Source: a virus
Lineage: Duplodnaviria > Caudoviricetes
Virus record (IMG/VR): IMGVR_UViG_3300006879_000010
Span: 1 to 34,379 of that record
DNA: 34,379 nucleotides
Direction: 5' to 3' (one strand)
Shown: piece by piece, positions 1 through 8,226 of the stretch
Position numbering within the stretch: the stretch's first letter is position 1
Layout: each line of letters begins with the position of its first letter
Translations under genes and position numbers: made by a program
The notes under the pieces: model-generated
The model's database searches: none
Seen by the model: the letters and a program-made list of their open reading frames with translations, nothing else
Told to the model about the DNA's origin: nothing

Positions 1-1022
1 TAAACGTACAAAATGGCTACATCGATCTTAAAACAGGTAATTTGCATGATCACGATAAAAGTAAGTTTTTTTCTAAAATATCATCCATCGAATATACAGA
101 CAAAATAGATTATCCATTGTGGTTGGATTTTCTAAATCAAATATTCGATGGAGATCAGGACTTAATTAATTATATGCAGCGAGCAGTGGGATATTCCTTA
201 TCCGGTTCAATTCAAGAGCAAATGTTATTTATTTTGCATGGTAATGGTCGTAATGGCAAGTCGGTATTTTTGGACATTATTACAGAAATGTTGGGTAATT
301 ACACGGTTAATATTCAGCCCCAAACAATTATGGTTAAACCGCAGTCTAGTGGAGCGAGTAGTGATATCGCTAGATTGCAAGGTGCTAGATTAGTTACTTC
401 CACTGAACCTAACGATGGCATGAGGTTCGATGAAGGACTTGTTAAGCAGCTTACTGGTGGTGATAGGGTAACTGCCAGATTCCTTTACGGTGATGAGTTC
501 GACTTTGATCCGGAGTTTAAATTGTGGATGGCTACAAATCACAAACCAATTATTAGAGGTACGGATGACGGGATATGGCGCAGATTGGCAGTAATACCAT
601 TTACTGTGCAGATACCAGAAAACAAGGTGGATAAGCAACTTAAATACAAATTGCGCAGAGAAATGAAAGGTATTTTAAATTGGGCTGTTGAGGGTTACCA
701 GGAGTGGCAACGCGTTGGATTGAAAGAGCCACAGGTTATTAAAAATCAGCGAACCACTTACCGTACTGAAATGGATGCCGTAGAACTTTTTATTGAAGAG
801 TGTTGCATCCGCAAGAATGGCGAGAGAGAGAAAGCTAAAGATTTGTATCGCGCCTATAGAGAATGGGCTAAAGAAAACAATCAATATATGATGAACAGCA
901 CGAAATTCGGAAAAGATATGAGCAATAAATTTCAAAAAATAAGAAGCAACGGCAGTTGGTATGTTGGTTTGGAATTAAGAGGTGAATATTCCGGTCATGG
1001 TTTTCAATTGAATCTTAATTAA
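1..1022 (+). CDS. P4/D5-family primase-helicase, C-terminal SF3 helicase part (5' truncated)
   Basis: Frame is open from the window start (NVQNGYIDLKTGNL); Walker A GNGRNGKS; ARLQGARLV..TE, KQLTGGD, ATNHKP, DDGIWRR motifs. Confidence 0.93.
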   Translation, partial: NVQNGYIDLKTGNLHDHDKSKFFSKISSIEYTDKIDYPLWLDFLNQIFDGDQDLINYMQRAVGYSLSGSIQEQMLFILHGNGRNGKSVFLDIITEMLGNYTVNIQPQTIMVKPQSSGASSDIARLQGARLVTSTEPNDGMRFDEGLVKQLTGGDRVTARFLYGDEFDFDPEFKLWMATNHKPIIRGTDDGIWRRLAVIPFTVQIPENKVDKQLKYKLRREMKGILNWAVEGYQEWQRVGLKEPQVIKNQRTTYRTEMDAVELFIEECCIRKNGEREKAKDLYRAYREWAKENNQYMMNSTKFGKDMSNKFQKIRSNGSWYVGLELRGEYSGHGFQLNLN

Positions 1023-1104
1023 TACCAAGCTAAACACTTTTACATCAAGAATATTCAGAAACAGAGACTATAGACCCAAGAGTGAAGTTGTATTAAAAAT
1101 AAAA

Positions 1105-1377
1105 CGGACAGCACTTTGGATAGGTTTGGACATCACTTTTATAAAACCTGTCCAATTTCAAAACATTGATATATCAGCCTTTTCAATACTCTTTATTACT
1201 ATTATTCTTCTTTTGGACAAGTTGGACAAGAAGAAATAAAGAAAAGGGAGTAAAGAATAAAAGATAAATACTAGGGAGACTTTTTAGCTTTTAGATAAAC
1301 TTGTCCAAAGTTGATTAAAAAAGTAAGGTTCAGGCCATGTCCGGCTAGGGATTGGACAGGTTGAGAGTGTTGTCCGA
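1105..1377. repeat. Iteron-like TTGGACA/TGTCCAA repeats, putative replication origin
   Basis: About 9 GGACA-core copies in both orientations in an AT-rich intergenic region just after the helicase. Confidence 0.65.
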
Positions 1378-1407
1378 ACTTGCTTGATAAAAGGAGAGGT
1401 TAAAAAA

Positions 1408-1596
1408 ATGAATGTAGTTTATGACCTTTACCAAGGAAAAAGGTTTATTAGAAGAGATACTTTAAGATTATTGTCGCAATATACAACTCTAAGTCCAAGT
1501 ACGTTGACTGGGTTTAGTCAACCGGCATATTTAGAAAAAACAAAGGATAGTGAAACGGCCACGCGATTGATAAAAGTCGGTGATAACAATGCGTGA
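1408..1596 (+). CDS. Hypothetical phage protein
   Basis: SD AAGGAGAGG before ATG 1408; overlaps the next gene. Confidence 0.65.
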   Translation: MNVVYDLYQGKRFIRRDTLRLLSQYTTLSPSTLTGFSQPAYLEKTKDSETATRLIKVGDNNA

Positions 1597-2161
1597 ATCA
1601 GACGTACAAAACTCTATCAGGCTAGCATTAAATCCATATGCAGTTATATTCCGAGCGAACGTAGGCACGGTTAAAACAGCGGATGGCAGATATTTTAATA
1701 CTGGATTACCAAAAGGTTATTCCGACTTGTCTGGTTACCGAAAATCAGATGGCAAAGCAGTTTTCATTGAAGTTAAAAATGAAAAAGGAAAGTTAAGAAA
1801 AGACCAGGAACATTTCTTGAATGCTATGAAACAATACCCGGTCATTGTGGGTGTTGCTCGCAGTCCAGAGGACGCAATAAGAATTGTGGAGGAAAATCAC
1901 GATTCGAATAGACGTGTGGAGGAATTGGAAGAACGAGTAAGAATATTTGAAATGAAATACGAAAACACAGGTTCAATTTTTAACCGTAGTCATCAAATTA
2001 ATCGGATTGAAGCGTTGCAGGAGGAAAATAATCGCTACAAACAGGCTTTGGAAGAGGTAAAAAACAATGCAAGTAGTTATATGGGTAATTCGGCAGCCCG
2101 ACGACTATATGACATAGCCGACGAAGCACTCCAAAAGGACAACCCAAATGAAAATATATAA
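1589..2161 (+). CDS. VRR-NUC domain nuclease with C-terminal coiled-coil extension
   Basis: MRESDVQ..I, FRANVG, GLPKGYSDL, VFIEVK..KGKL..DQ..F, VARS.EDA motifs (PD-(D/E)XK VRR-NUC). Confidence 0.88.
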   Translation: MRESDVQNSIRLALNPYAVIFRANVGTVKTADGRYFNTGLPKGYSDLSGYRKSDGKAVFIEVKNEKGKLRKDQEHFLNAMKQYPVIVGVARSPEDAIRIVEENHDSNRRVEELEERVRIFEMKYENTGSIFNRSHQINRIEALQEENNRYKQALEEVKNNASSYMGNSAARRLYDIADEALQKDNPNENI

Positions 2162-2276
2162 AGCACTCCGACAACGGCTGTTAAATGATGGTTATCCAGT
2201 ATATCAAGTGGCTATGATGACGGACGAAGAAGTTGTGGCGGAGTGTGAGGAAATCAAGGAGGAATATCATGACTAA
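2148..2276 (+). CDS. Small hypothetical protein, 42 aa (MKIYKALRQRLL...), not in ORF track
   Basis: AAGGA before the ATG; fills the gap and overlaps both neighbours. Confidence 0.5.
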   Translation: MKIYKALRQRLLNDGYPVYQVAMMTDEEVVAECEEIKEEYHD

Positions 2277-2556
2277 ACAAACCCTATTACAAATAGATAA
2301 CGTCCGCATACGCGAACATGACTCTTATAATCTGGTAATCGAACGCTATGAAACATATAAAAATGCAATCACGAAGGAAGAACTAACAGACTATCGTTTT
2401 AAAGCGTACGCATCTACAATCACGGTCGCGATAAAGATAATAATGATCAAAGACCTTCTAATTGATTATGAAGCTCTGTCGGACGTTAAAACGCTTGTTT
2501 TACAGGTGCAGGAATCGGAACGGAAAATATTAGATAAATTGGAGGAATTGAAATGA
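2269..2556 (+). CDS. Hypothetical phage protein
   Basis: SD AAGGAGGA before ATG 2269; ATGA coupling to next gene. Confidence 0.75.
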   Translation: MTKQTLLQIDNVRIREHDSYNLVIERYETYKNAITKEELTDYRFKAYASTITVAIKIIMIKDLLIDYEALSDVKTLVLQVQESERKILDKLEELK

Positions 2557-3128
2557 CTGAAAAAGTAATCATTAATCAAAGACAAGCCGATGCGATTGAA
2601 AGATATAAAAAAGAACAGAGAGAACAACTTGAATCACTTAATGAAAATTCAACACGACATGAATCGTGGGCGCAGCCATTAGTCGGAATGGATGTAGATA
2701 AAATAATTGCCTCTATACATGACGGCTATGAAGTAGAACCGGAGTTTAAAGTTGGGCAATTTGTAATAGACGTAACAACCAATGTTACAAGAGAAGTGAA
2801 AGGTGAGGATATGGCTAGATTTCTAAATTGGGAATACATCCGAAAACAACACGTAAGACACGCCACCGAATCAGAAATAGCTGCTGAAAAAGAGCGAAGA
2901 TGGTGGGGTAAGCATGGGAGAGGGATTTGGGAGTTACGCAAGGGAGATGCGCTTGTTCATGCGAGGAATGGAAAAGACTGGCGGATTGTAAAGGAGGTCG
3001 GTGAGCACGTAGTTGATAACTATTCATTTTTAGAGCACAAAACTGTAACTAGCACAATTAGGTATGTAACGGAAAACTTTACGATTATCTGTTTCGCAGA
3101 ATCCCGCCTGGACGGTGATACCAATTAA
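2553..3128 (+). CDS. Hypothetical phage protein
   Basis: SD GGAGG; 191-aa ORF in the early operon. Confidence 0.75.
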   Translation: MTEKVIINQRQADAIERYKKEQREQLESLNENSTRHESWAQPLVGMDVDKIIASIHDGYEVEPEFKVGQFVIDVTTNVTREVKGEDMARFLNWEYIRKQHVRHATESEIAAEKERRWWGKHGRGIWELRKGDALVHARNGKDWRIVKEVGEHVVDNYSFLEHKTVTSTIRYVTENFTIICFAESRLDGDTN

Positions 3129-3573
3129 ACTCTACCTAACCGATGAAGATTACGAGATAGCAGAATTAAACGGAATCAACCCTAGCACACTTAGAGGTCG
3201 CATAGATCGAGGTTGGGATAAACAACGCGCAATCACAGAATCAACAATAGGAAAACGCGCTAAATGGCTGAGAGTTGCTAAAGTAAATGGAATCAAAGAA
3301 GGCACATTTAATAATCGTGTATACACTTACGGATATACACACGAGGAAGCAGCGACTAAACAACTATTTAACGGATATTATACTGAACTACTAAAGAAAG
3401 CACGTGAGCGTGGCAATCCAGTCGCCTATTCCACAATACAGCAAAGGATATCTAAAGGCATGTCGGAGGAAGAAGCTATCTCTAAGTTTCCGCAAACGAC
3501 TAATAAACGGAAATCAGATATTGACAGGATATTGGATGTGGAGGTTAAAAGTCCGCATAGCCAATGGTTCTAA
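3115..3573 (+). CDS. PVL ORF50-like repeat protein, probably DNA-binding
   Basis: Three repeats of A..NGI...T...R....W..E.A.T. Confidence 0.7.
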   Translation: MIPIKLYLTDEDYEIAELNGINPSTLRGRIDRGWDKQRAITESTIGKRAKWLRVAKVNGIKEGTFNNRVYTYGYTHEEAATKQLFNGYYTELLKKARERGNPVAYSTIQQRISKGMSEEEAISKFPQTTNKRKSDIDRILDVEVKSPHSQWF

Positions 3574-3592
3574 AATAAAGGAGGTACGGAAT

Positions 3593-3808
3593 ATGGGATT
3601 ATTCGAGGTGTTAACGATTGTATTTGTAGTTTTAAAGCTAACGAGCGTTATTGATTGGAGTTGGTGGTTAGTATTGCTGCCGGAAATTATAGCGGTGGGA
3701 ACATATGTAGTTGTTCTGATTCTTTGGTTGGTATTCGGGATATTTGGCTTTAGGAAGGCGAAGAAAGAAATCAAGAAGTTTGATGATGACTTTTTCAATG
3801 AGTGGTAG
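3593..3808 (+). CDS. Small two-TM membrane protein
   Basis: SD AAGGAGG; LTIVFVVLKLTSVIDWSWWLVLLP motif common in phage membrane proteins. Confidence 0.75.
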   Translation: MGLFEVLTIVFVVLKLTSVIDWSWWLVLLPEIIAVGTYVVVLILWLVFGIFGFRKAKKEIKKFDDDFFNEW

Positions 3809-3838
3809 TAGACATAAAGTGCGAAGGAGTGGAAATCA

Positions 3839-4228
3839 ATGATAAAAATTTATCGAATTGAACATGAGGACACAGAACGTAGTTTGTGGTACAGACCAGA
3901 CGGAACGTTTGACCCTTTTATAGAAAAGCTTACAGAAGGTAAATCGCGTATATTACCGATGGATTTCGACAGCAAGTTTTATGACTTCGACACTAAGTGG
4001 TATAGCGCATGTTATAGCGTCGAGAACATGCAACAATGGTTTAGCGATCTGGATGCTTATGAGTTAATGCGAAGCGATTATAAGTTATACGAAATAACTG
4101 CAAAGGATTGCCGAAAGCAGGAGCACGAAATTATGTTTACTCAACAAGGAATATTGTTCAAGGAAGAAATACCGATAGAAACGATATGGAACATCAACAG
4201 ATTCGACAAGGAAAACATAAAAATTTAA
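3839..4228 (+). CDS. Hypothetical protein, possible ADP-ribosyltransferase-like fold
   Basis: SD AAGGAG; IYRIE, WYSAC and HEIMF segments resemble an R-S-E layout. Confidence 0.6.
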   Translation: MIKIYRIEHEDTERSLWYRPDGTFDPFIEKLTEGKSRILPMDFDSKFYDFDTKWYSACYSVENMQQWFSDLDAYELMRSDYKLYEITAKDCRKQEHEIMFTQQGILFKEEIPIETIWNINRFDKENIKI

Positions 4229-4368
4229 ATAACAGTTCGATTATAAAGCGCACAAACAAACACAGCCCGCTCACAAACTATCATAACTAGACAACTAGAC
4301 AAATACATACAGCAGGATTTATAACGCTTGTGGGTGGGTTAAATTGATTATTTGGAGGTAGTGCTTCC

Positions 4369-4557
4369 TTGAATAAGTGGGATGAATTGTATAAATTAGT
4401 CGAATTAAATAAAGAGAAAATGAAGGAGTTAGAACTCACAGAAGCTATCCAAAGTACTAAGAGCACCAAAAAAATAGACACATATAATGGTGCTCGCCAA
4501 GCGTTCGGAACGGTTATGGAGATAATGGAACAGATGGAAGTTGAATACGGAAATTAA
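4369..4557 (+). CDS. Hypothetical protein
   Basis: SD GGAGG before a TTG start. Confidence 0.6.
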   Translation: MNKWDELYKLVELNKEKMKELELTEAIQSTKSTKKIDTYNGARQAFGTVMEIMEQMEVEYGN

Positions 4558-4575
4558 ACCACAGGAGGTAATCAC

Positions 4576-4743
4576 ATGAATGATGGATGGATTATCAATT
4601 ATACGGATGGTACTAGCATCATATATTCTAGGAAAAAATATCATGAGTTGAAAATAGAAAATCACGAAATCGAATCATATCAGCATTGGTTCGATATTAA
4701 ACAAGCCATAGAAAAACATCCTTGGTTGGAAGTGATTGAATGA
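4576..4743 (+). CDS. Small hypothetical protein, 55 aa (MNDGWIINY...)
   Basis: SD AGGAGG; ATGA overlap with next ORF. Confidence 0.65.
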   Translation: MNDGWIINYTDGTSIIYSRKKYHELKIENHEIESYQHWFDIKQAIEKHPWLEVIE

Positions 4744-4904
4744 CTCCGCGCTGGATGATTGAACGAAAATACGTAAACAGCAATCATGAACTCCTGCAAG
4801 TCATAGAAGTGTACGCAGAAAACGAAAACAAGGAATTAGTTAAGTCGGAAAATAAGCAGTGGACGTATAAGCGAGAGTTATTACTAGTGGAGGTAACACT
4901 ATGA
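4740..4904 (+). CDS. Small hypothetical protein, 54 aa (MTPRWMIER...)
   Basis: ATGA overlaps at both ends. Confidence 0.55.
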   Translation: MTPRWMIERKYVNSNHELLQVIEVYAENENKELVKSENKQWTYKRELLLVEVTL

Positions 4905-5062
4905 AACTATCACACCTAATAAATATGGCAAGACAAGCGTTGAATAATCGTAATGCGGACGAAGCTAATAGGTTGCTAGACGAGATAGATAATCATTTGA
5001 AAGGAGTCATTAATAATGTGGTACATGTTACGGAGAAACGGACAGGAAATTATGACGGATAG
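4901..5062 (+). CDS. Small hypothetical protein, 53 aa (MKLSHLINM...)
   Basis: SD GGAGG; ATGA coupling. Confidence 0.55.
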   Translation: MKLSHLINMARQALNNRNADEANRLLDEIDNHLKGVINNVVHVTEKRTGNYDG

Positions 5063-5159
5063 CGCTGTTAGGTTAGCGGAATTGCAAAACGAAGGCTTTA
5101 AATTAATGCAGGTTGTGGATATAAACGATGTAAGCAAATGTAAGGAGGAAAAGGAATGA
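5016..5159 (+). CDS. Small hypothetical protein, 47 aa (MWYMLRRNG...)
   Basis: SD AAAGGAG; stop overlaps the MazG ATG. Confidence 0.5.
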   Translation: MWYMLRRNGQEIMTDSAVRLAELQNEGFKLMQVVDINDVSKCKEEKE

Positions 5160-5518
5160 AACTGAATGAATTTCAAAATATATCAAAAAGAACAATGCCA
5201 TTTATTGAAGATGTTACGGATGTAGACCAAGTAAACAAAGTAAGAGTAAACTATGCGCTTGGTGTCGCGGGCGAAGGCGGAGAAGTAGCTGACCAAATAA
5301 AAAAAGAAGTATTTCACGGTCATGAAACTAATCAGAAAGAAGTCAAAAAAGAACTTGGTGATGTCATGCATTATGTGGCTGGGTTGGCGACACTTTACGG
5401 ATTGACTTTAGAAGAAGTAGCGATTGCAAACAATGATAAGTTGAGGGAAAGATACCCAAGCGGCTTTAATAGTGCTGATTCTATCAAGCGAGCTGATGTA
5501 AATGCCGATCAGCATTGA
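5156..5518 (+). CDS. MazG-like nucleoside triphosphate pyrophosphohydrolase
   Basis: ALGVAGEGGEVADQIKK...KELGDV.HY...N.DKL.ERYP.GF signature. Confidence 0.9.
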   Translation: MKLNEFQNISKRTMPFIEDVTDVDQVNKVRVNYALGVAGEGGEVADQIKKEVFHGHETNQKEVKKELGDVMHYVAGLATLYGLTLEEVAIANNDKLRERYPSGFNSADSIKRADVNADQH

Positions 5519-5777
5519 TGGAAAGATATATAGAGTAAAACAGAAAGTGAAGTATGGTGAGGACTTTCCAAAACCAAATAGTAGTAGGAATATCATTCAA
5601 CCCGAATTTGGGCGCTGCTTAATTTATATCATATCTGCTGGCACACCGAAATGGTCAAATGACATGTCTGTATTTGTGCCGATTCGATTTTATATTACAC
5701 AAATAATCGAGCCTAACAAAAAGTATCTGGCAGATAAAAAGCGGGAAGAAAGCAAACTTAAATTGGTTAAGGGGTGA
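5502..5777 (+). CDS. Hypothetical protein
   Basis: 91-aa ORF overlapping the MazG end and filling the gap. Confidence 0.55.
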   Translation: MPISIDGKIYRVKQKVKYGEDFPKPNSSRNIIQPEFGRCLIYIISAGTPKWSNDMSVFVPIRFYITQIIEPNKKYLADKKREESKLKLVKG

Positions 5778-5781
5778 ACAC

Positions 5782-6000
5782 ATGAAAGACAAACTACTCT
5801 GGATAGCATTGATCGCTATCGTTATTATCGCAGGCATATACACTTACACGTCACATAGCAAAGCAACCGATGTGATGGAGCAACAGCAGGATAAAATCGA
5901 GTGGCAACAAAATAAAATTAGTGTGCTGCAGGAAGAAAATGCTTACTTGCATGATGCCGTGGCTAATTTGAGCAATGATCTTATGAAAATTAATAAGTAA
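5782..6000 (+). CDS. Membrane-anchored coiled-coil protein
   Basis: SD AAGGGGTG; N-terminal hydrophobic helix followed by heptad repeats. Confidence 0.7.
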   Translation: MKDKLLWIALIAIVIIAGIYTYTSHSKATDVMEQQQDKIEWQQNKISVLQEENAYLHDAVANLSNDLMKINK

Positions 6001-6011
6001 AGGGTGATCCG

Positions 6012-6446
6012 ATGCAGATCATGAATAGTTATTCAGACCTTATGATTGAAATTGAATTAGTTAAAGACCAGATAGAGTATACGAAAAAGGAAATCAAGTA
6101 TTGGTTTGGTGTGGATGTAGATAAAGAGAGCGGCATTCCTTTAATGGGGTCAGGAGATCATGAATTCGGACTGAACGCTGCTTTAATTCAATCAGAAAAG
6201 AAACTAACTTCTTATTACAACCTTAACGAAAGGCTAAAAGAATTAGATTATGCCAAGGTTCGCATGGATATATTGCTAGAACAACTCGAAGGACTGGATT
6301 ACAAAATAGCATTCAAGCGCATTGTAGAATTTAAAACACATCAAGAAATAGCAGATGAATTAGGTTATTCACATCAGTATATACGAGAAGTGTGGACGAG
6401 GATAAGAACCTACAAAGAGCATACAGACTCTATTGAAGATGTGTGA
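6012..6446 (+). CDS. ArpU/RinA-like late transcription regulator (sigma region 4-type HTH)
   Basis: C-terminal KTHQEIADELGYSHQYIR HTH; last early gene before packaging. Confidence 0.8.
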   Translation: MQIMNSYSDLMIEIELVKDQIEYTKKEIKYWFGVDVDKESGIPLMGSGDHEFGLNAALIQSEKKLTSYYNLNERLKELDYAKVRMDILLEQLEGLDYKIAFKRIVEFKTHQEIADELGYSHQYIREVWTRIRTYKEHTDSIEDV

Positions 6447-6496
6447 TATTGTATTAGTATAGAAAATTTATACAGTATTATTTATCAAACATCTTA

Positions 6497-6528
6497 GGTG
6501 CTGGGTGTGGAAGCTCGGCACTACTTAT
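6497..6528 (+). terminator. Hairpin after regulator gene, possible weak terminator
   Basis: GTGCTGGG-loop-CTCGGCAC stem with G-U pairs and a poor U-tract. Confidence 0.35.
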
Positions 6529-6556
6529 TGCATAAATTATCCAAGTCCATCATAAT
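6528..6556 (+). promoter_or_regulatory. Sigma-A-type promoter of the lipoprotein moron
   Basis: TTGCAT-17 bp-CATAAT. Confidence 0.6.
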
Positions 6557-6586
6557 TAATCTATATAAGACTATAGGAGGATGGAC

Positions 6587-7255
6587 ATGAAAAAGGTAAT
6601 GGGTATTGGAATTATGTTAATGGTCATGTTGGTTGGTTGTGGTAACGATGAAGAAGTAGTACAACCAGAAGAGGAACCTATTGAACAAGAAGAAGCACAA
6701 GACACTTCTACAGATGATCCATTAGAGTTTGTTAATAAAGATAGTGAGTATGATACATTAATTGATGCAGCTAATGAATATGAGATATTAAATTATTACG
6801 TAAGTGATGATACAAATGAGCAAGGTTTTAATATATATGAAGATGGCGATTTTACAATGAGGTATGCATTGGTTGAAACAGAGAACATAGCTGATGTGGA
6901 TGCGAAAGGAAATAAAGAGATTCAAATACTAGGCGAAATTATTAACGATACTGACCAAGATTACAACTTTGACGAGAATAGAATGTTCATCAAAACCGAT
7001 GATAATGAAGAGTCGAGCCTGAATTTTGGATTGAATGGTGCTTGGAAGGCAGATCAAAAATCGAAGTTTATTGACAGCTTTCCGTTAGATTATGACATTC
7101 CAGATAGCTTCACATTGACATTAATTGATCCATCATTAGAAGGTGATGGAGACGATGCTGTTTTCGGGGATGATTGGGACAGGAAATTCGATGAAGCGTT
7201 CGAGGAATTTAAGGAAGAACATACTGTTAAAGAATTAGAGTTTACCAAAGAATAA
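6587..7255 (+). CDS. Highly acidic lipoprotein (moron)
   Basis: MKK, hydrophobic stretch and LVGC lipobox; SD GGAGG; D/E-rich mature part. Confidence 0.85.
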   Translation: MKKVMGIGIMLMVMLVGCGNDEEVVQPEEEPIEQEEAQDTSTDDPLEFVNKDSEYDTLIDAANEYEILNYYVSDDTNEQGFNIYEDGDFTMRYALVETENIADVDAKGNKEIQILGEIINDTDQDYNFDENRMFIKTDDNEESSLNFGLNGAWKADQKSKFIDSFPLDYDIPDSFTLTLIDPSLEGDGDDAVFGDDWDRKFDEAFEEFKEEHTVKELEFTKE

Positions 7256-7268
7256 ACTTAATACGAAC

Positions 7269-7307
7269 GCACGAAGGCATCTGCATAGCAGGTGTCTTTT
7301 TTCGTGC
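7269..7307 (+). terminator. Rho-independent terminator
   Basis: AAGGCATCTGC-ATA-GCAGGTGTCTT followed by a T-tract. Confidence 0.8.
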
Positions 7308-7340
7308 TCATACATAATACAAAAAGGAGATGGTCAACCA

Positions 7341-7571
7341 ATGATTACAATAGACGACATAACATTCGATCATGCGTTAGCACGTGGTGACGGAGAGGTA
7401 CAAGAAATCAGTGTTACTGGTGCAGACATAAGATACACAGTATACCAAGGAAGCAATAAGATCGATGGAGAGGTTAGCTTTTCCTTCCGCGATTATAAGG
7501 ACAAGACATATAGTGAATTGATTACACTGATCAAGCAACATTTCAATAACGCTGTGGACAAGGTGGGGTGA
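7341..7571 (+). CDS. Hypothetical protein
   Basis: SD AAAGGAG; 76 aa. Confidence 0.7.
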   Translation: MITIDDITFDHALARGDGEVQEISVTGADIRYTVYQGSNKIDGEVSFSFRDYKDKTYSELITLIKQHFNNAVDKVG

Positions 7572-7574
7572 CCA

Positions 7575-7727
7575 ATGGTAACTACATTCCAAGTAATATT
7601 ATTCATTATAATGATTGTATCTTGTATGGGAGCAGTATCAGATGAACAGATGAAAAGGGTTGCGTCTCTTGCCTCTATATGTATAGCGAGTATGCTTGCG
7701 TTCGTTGCTAGTGTGATGTGGTTATAG
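7575..7727 (+). CDS. Small two-TM protein, 50 aa (MVTTFQVILF...), not in ORF track
   Basis: SD GGGGTG; two hydrophobic helices; abuts the HNH start. Confidence 0.65.
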   Translation: MVTTFQVILFIIMIVSCMGAVSDEQMKRVASLASICIASMLAFVASVMWL

Positions 7728-8054
7728 ATGGAGTATGAGACGTACGAACAGAAGCGAACCTTCTACAGGTCTACTGCATGGAGGAAGCTAAGACAGCAAG
7801 CATTGGAGCGTGACAACTGGGAGTGCCAAGAGTGTAAGCGTAATGGTTATGTTCATGTGGATTCAATCAAGGTTGAAGGACAACGCAAGAGCATTGAGCT
7901 TAACGTCCATCATAAGTATGAGATTGAATACCATCCGAAGCTGGCATTAGTGTTGGAAAACCTAGAGTGTGTATGTCTCAATTGTCATAATAAGATACAT
8001 GGAAGGGTATTCGGTAGGACAAAACAACCTAAGTGGGATGACGAACGTTGGTAA
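7728..8054 (+). CDS. Terminase-associated HNH endonuclease (HK97 gp74-like)
   Basis: FYRS.AW..LR..AL.RD..ECQEC, VHHK, NLECVCLNCHNKIH; directly upstream of TerS. Confidence 0.92.
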   Translation: MEYETYEQKRTFYRSTAWRKLRQQALERDNWECQECKRNGYVHVDSIKVEGQRKSIELNVHHKYEIEYHPKLALVLENLECVCLNCHNKIHGRVFGRTKQPKWDDERW

Positions 8055-8059
8055 CGGAT

Positions 8060-8180
8060 AAAAAAATTCTCAAAAAATAATTTAAAAAAGTTTTTCAAAA
8101 TAATTTTCAAAAAAATAATCCCCCCCGCCAAATAATTTCAGTTTTATTTTTCGGTCGGGGAACCGGGCAGGGGGATCGAC
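8060..8180. other. Putative cos region
   Basis: Between HNH and TerS; periodic A-tracts, C7G, then GC-rich GGGAACCGGGCAGGGGG, as in 3'-cos phages. Confidence 0.55.
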
Positions 8181-8226
8181 TCTACAGAAATATTGAAAAA
8201 TACACGCATATAGGGGGGTGGGTACA

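Noticed and set aside
1105-1377. CRISPR-like array
   Set aside because: Repeats are only 7 bp, irregularly spaced and in both orientations
3404-3592. N-terminal extension of ORF 3404..3808
   Set aside because: Overlaps the upstream gene; a strong SD supports ATG 3593
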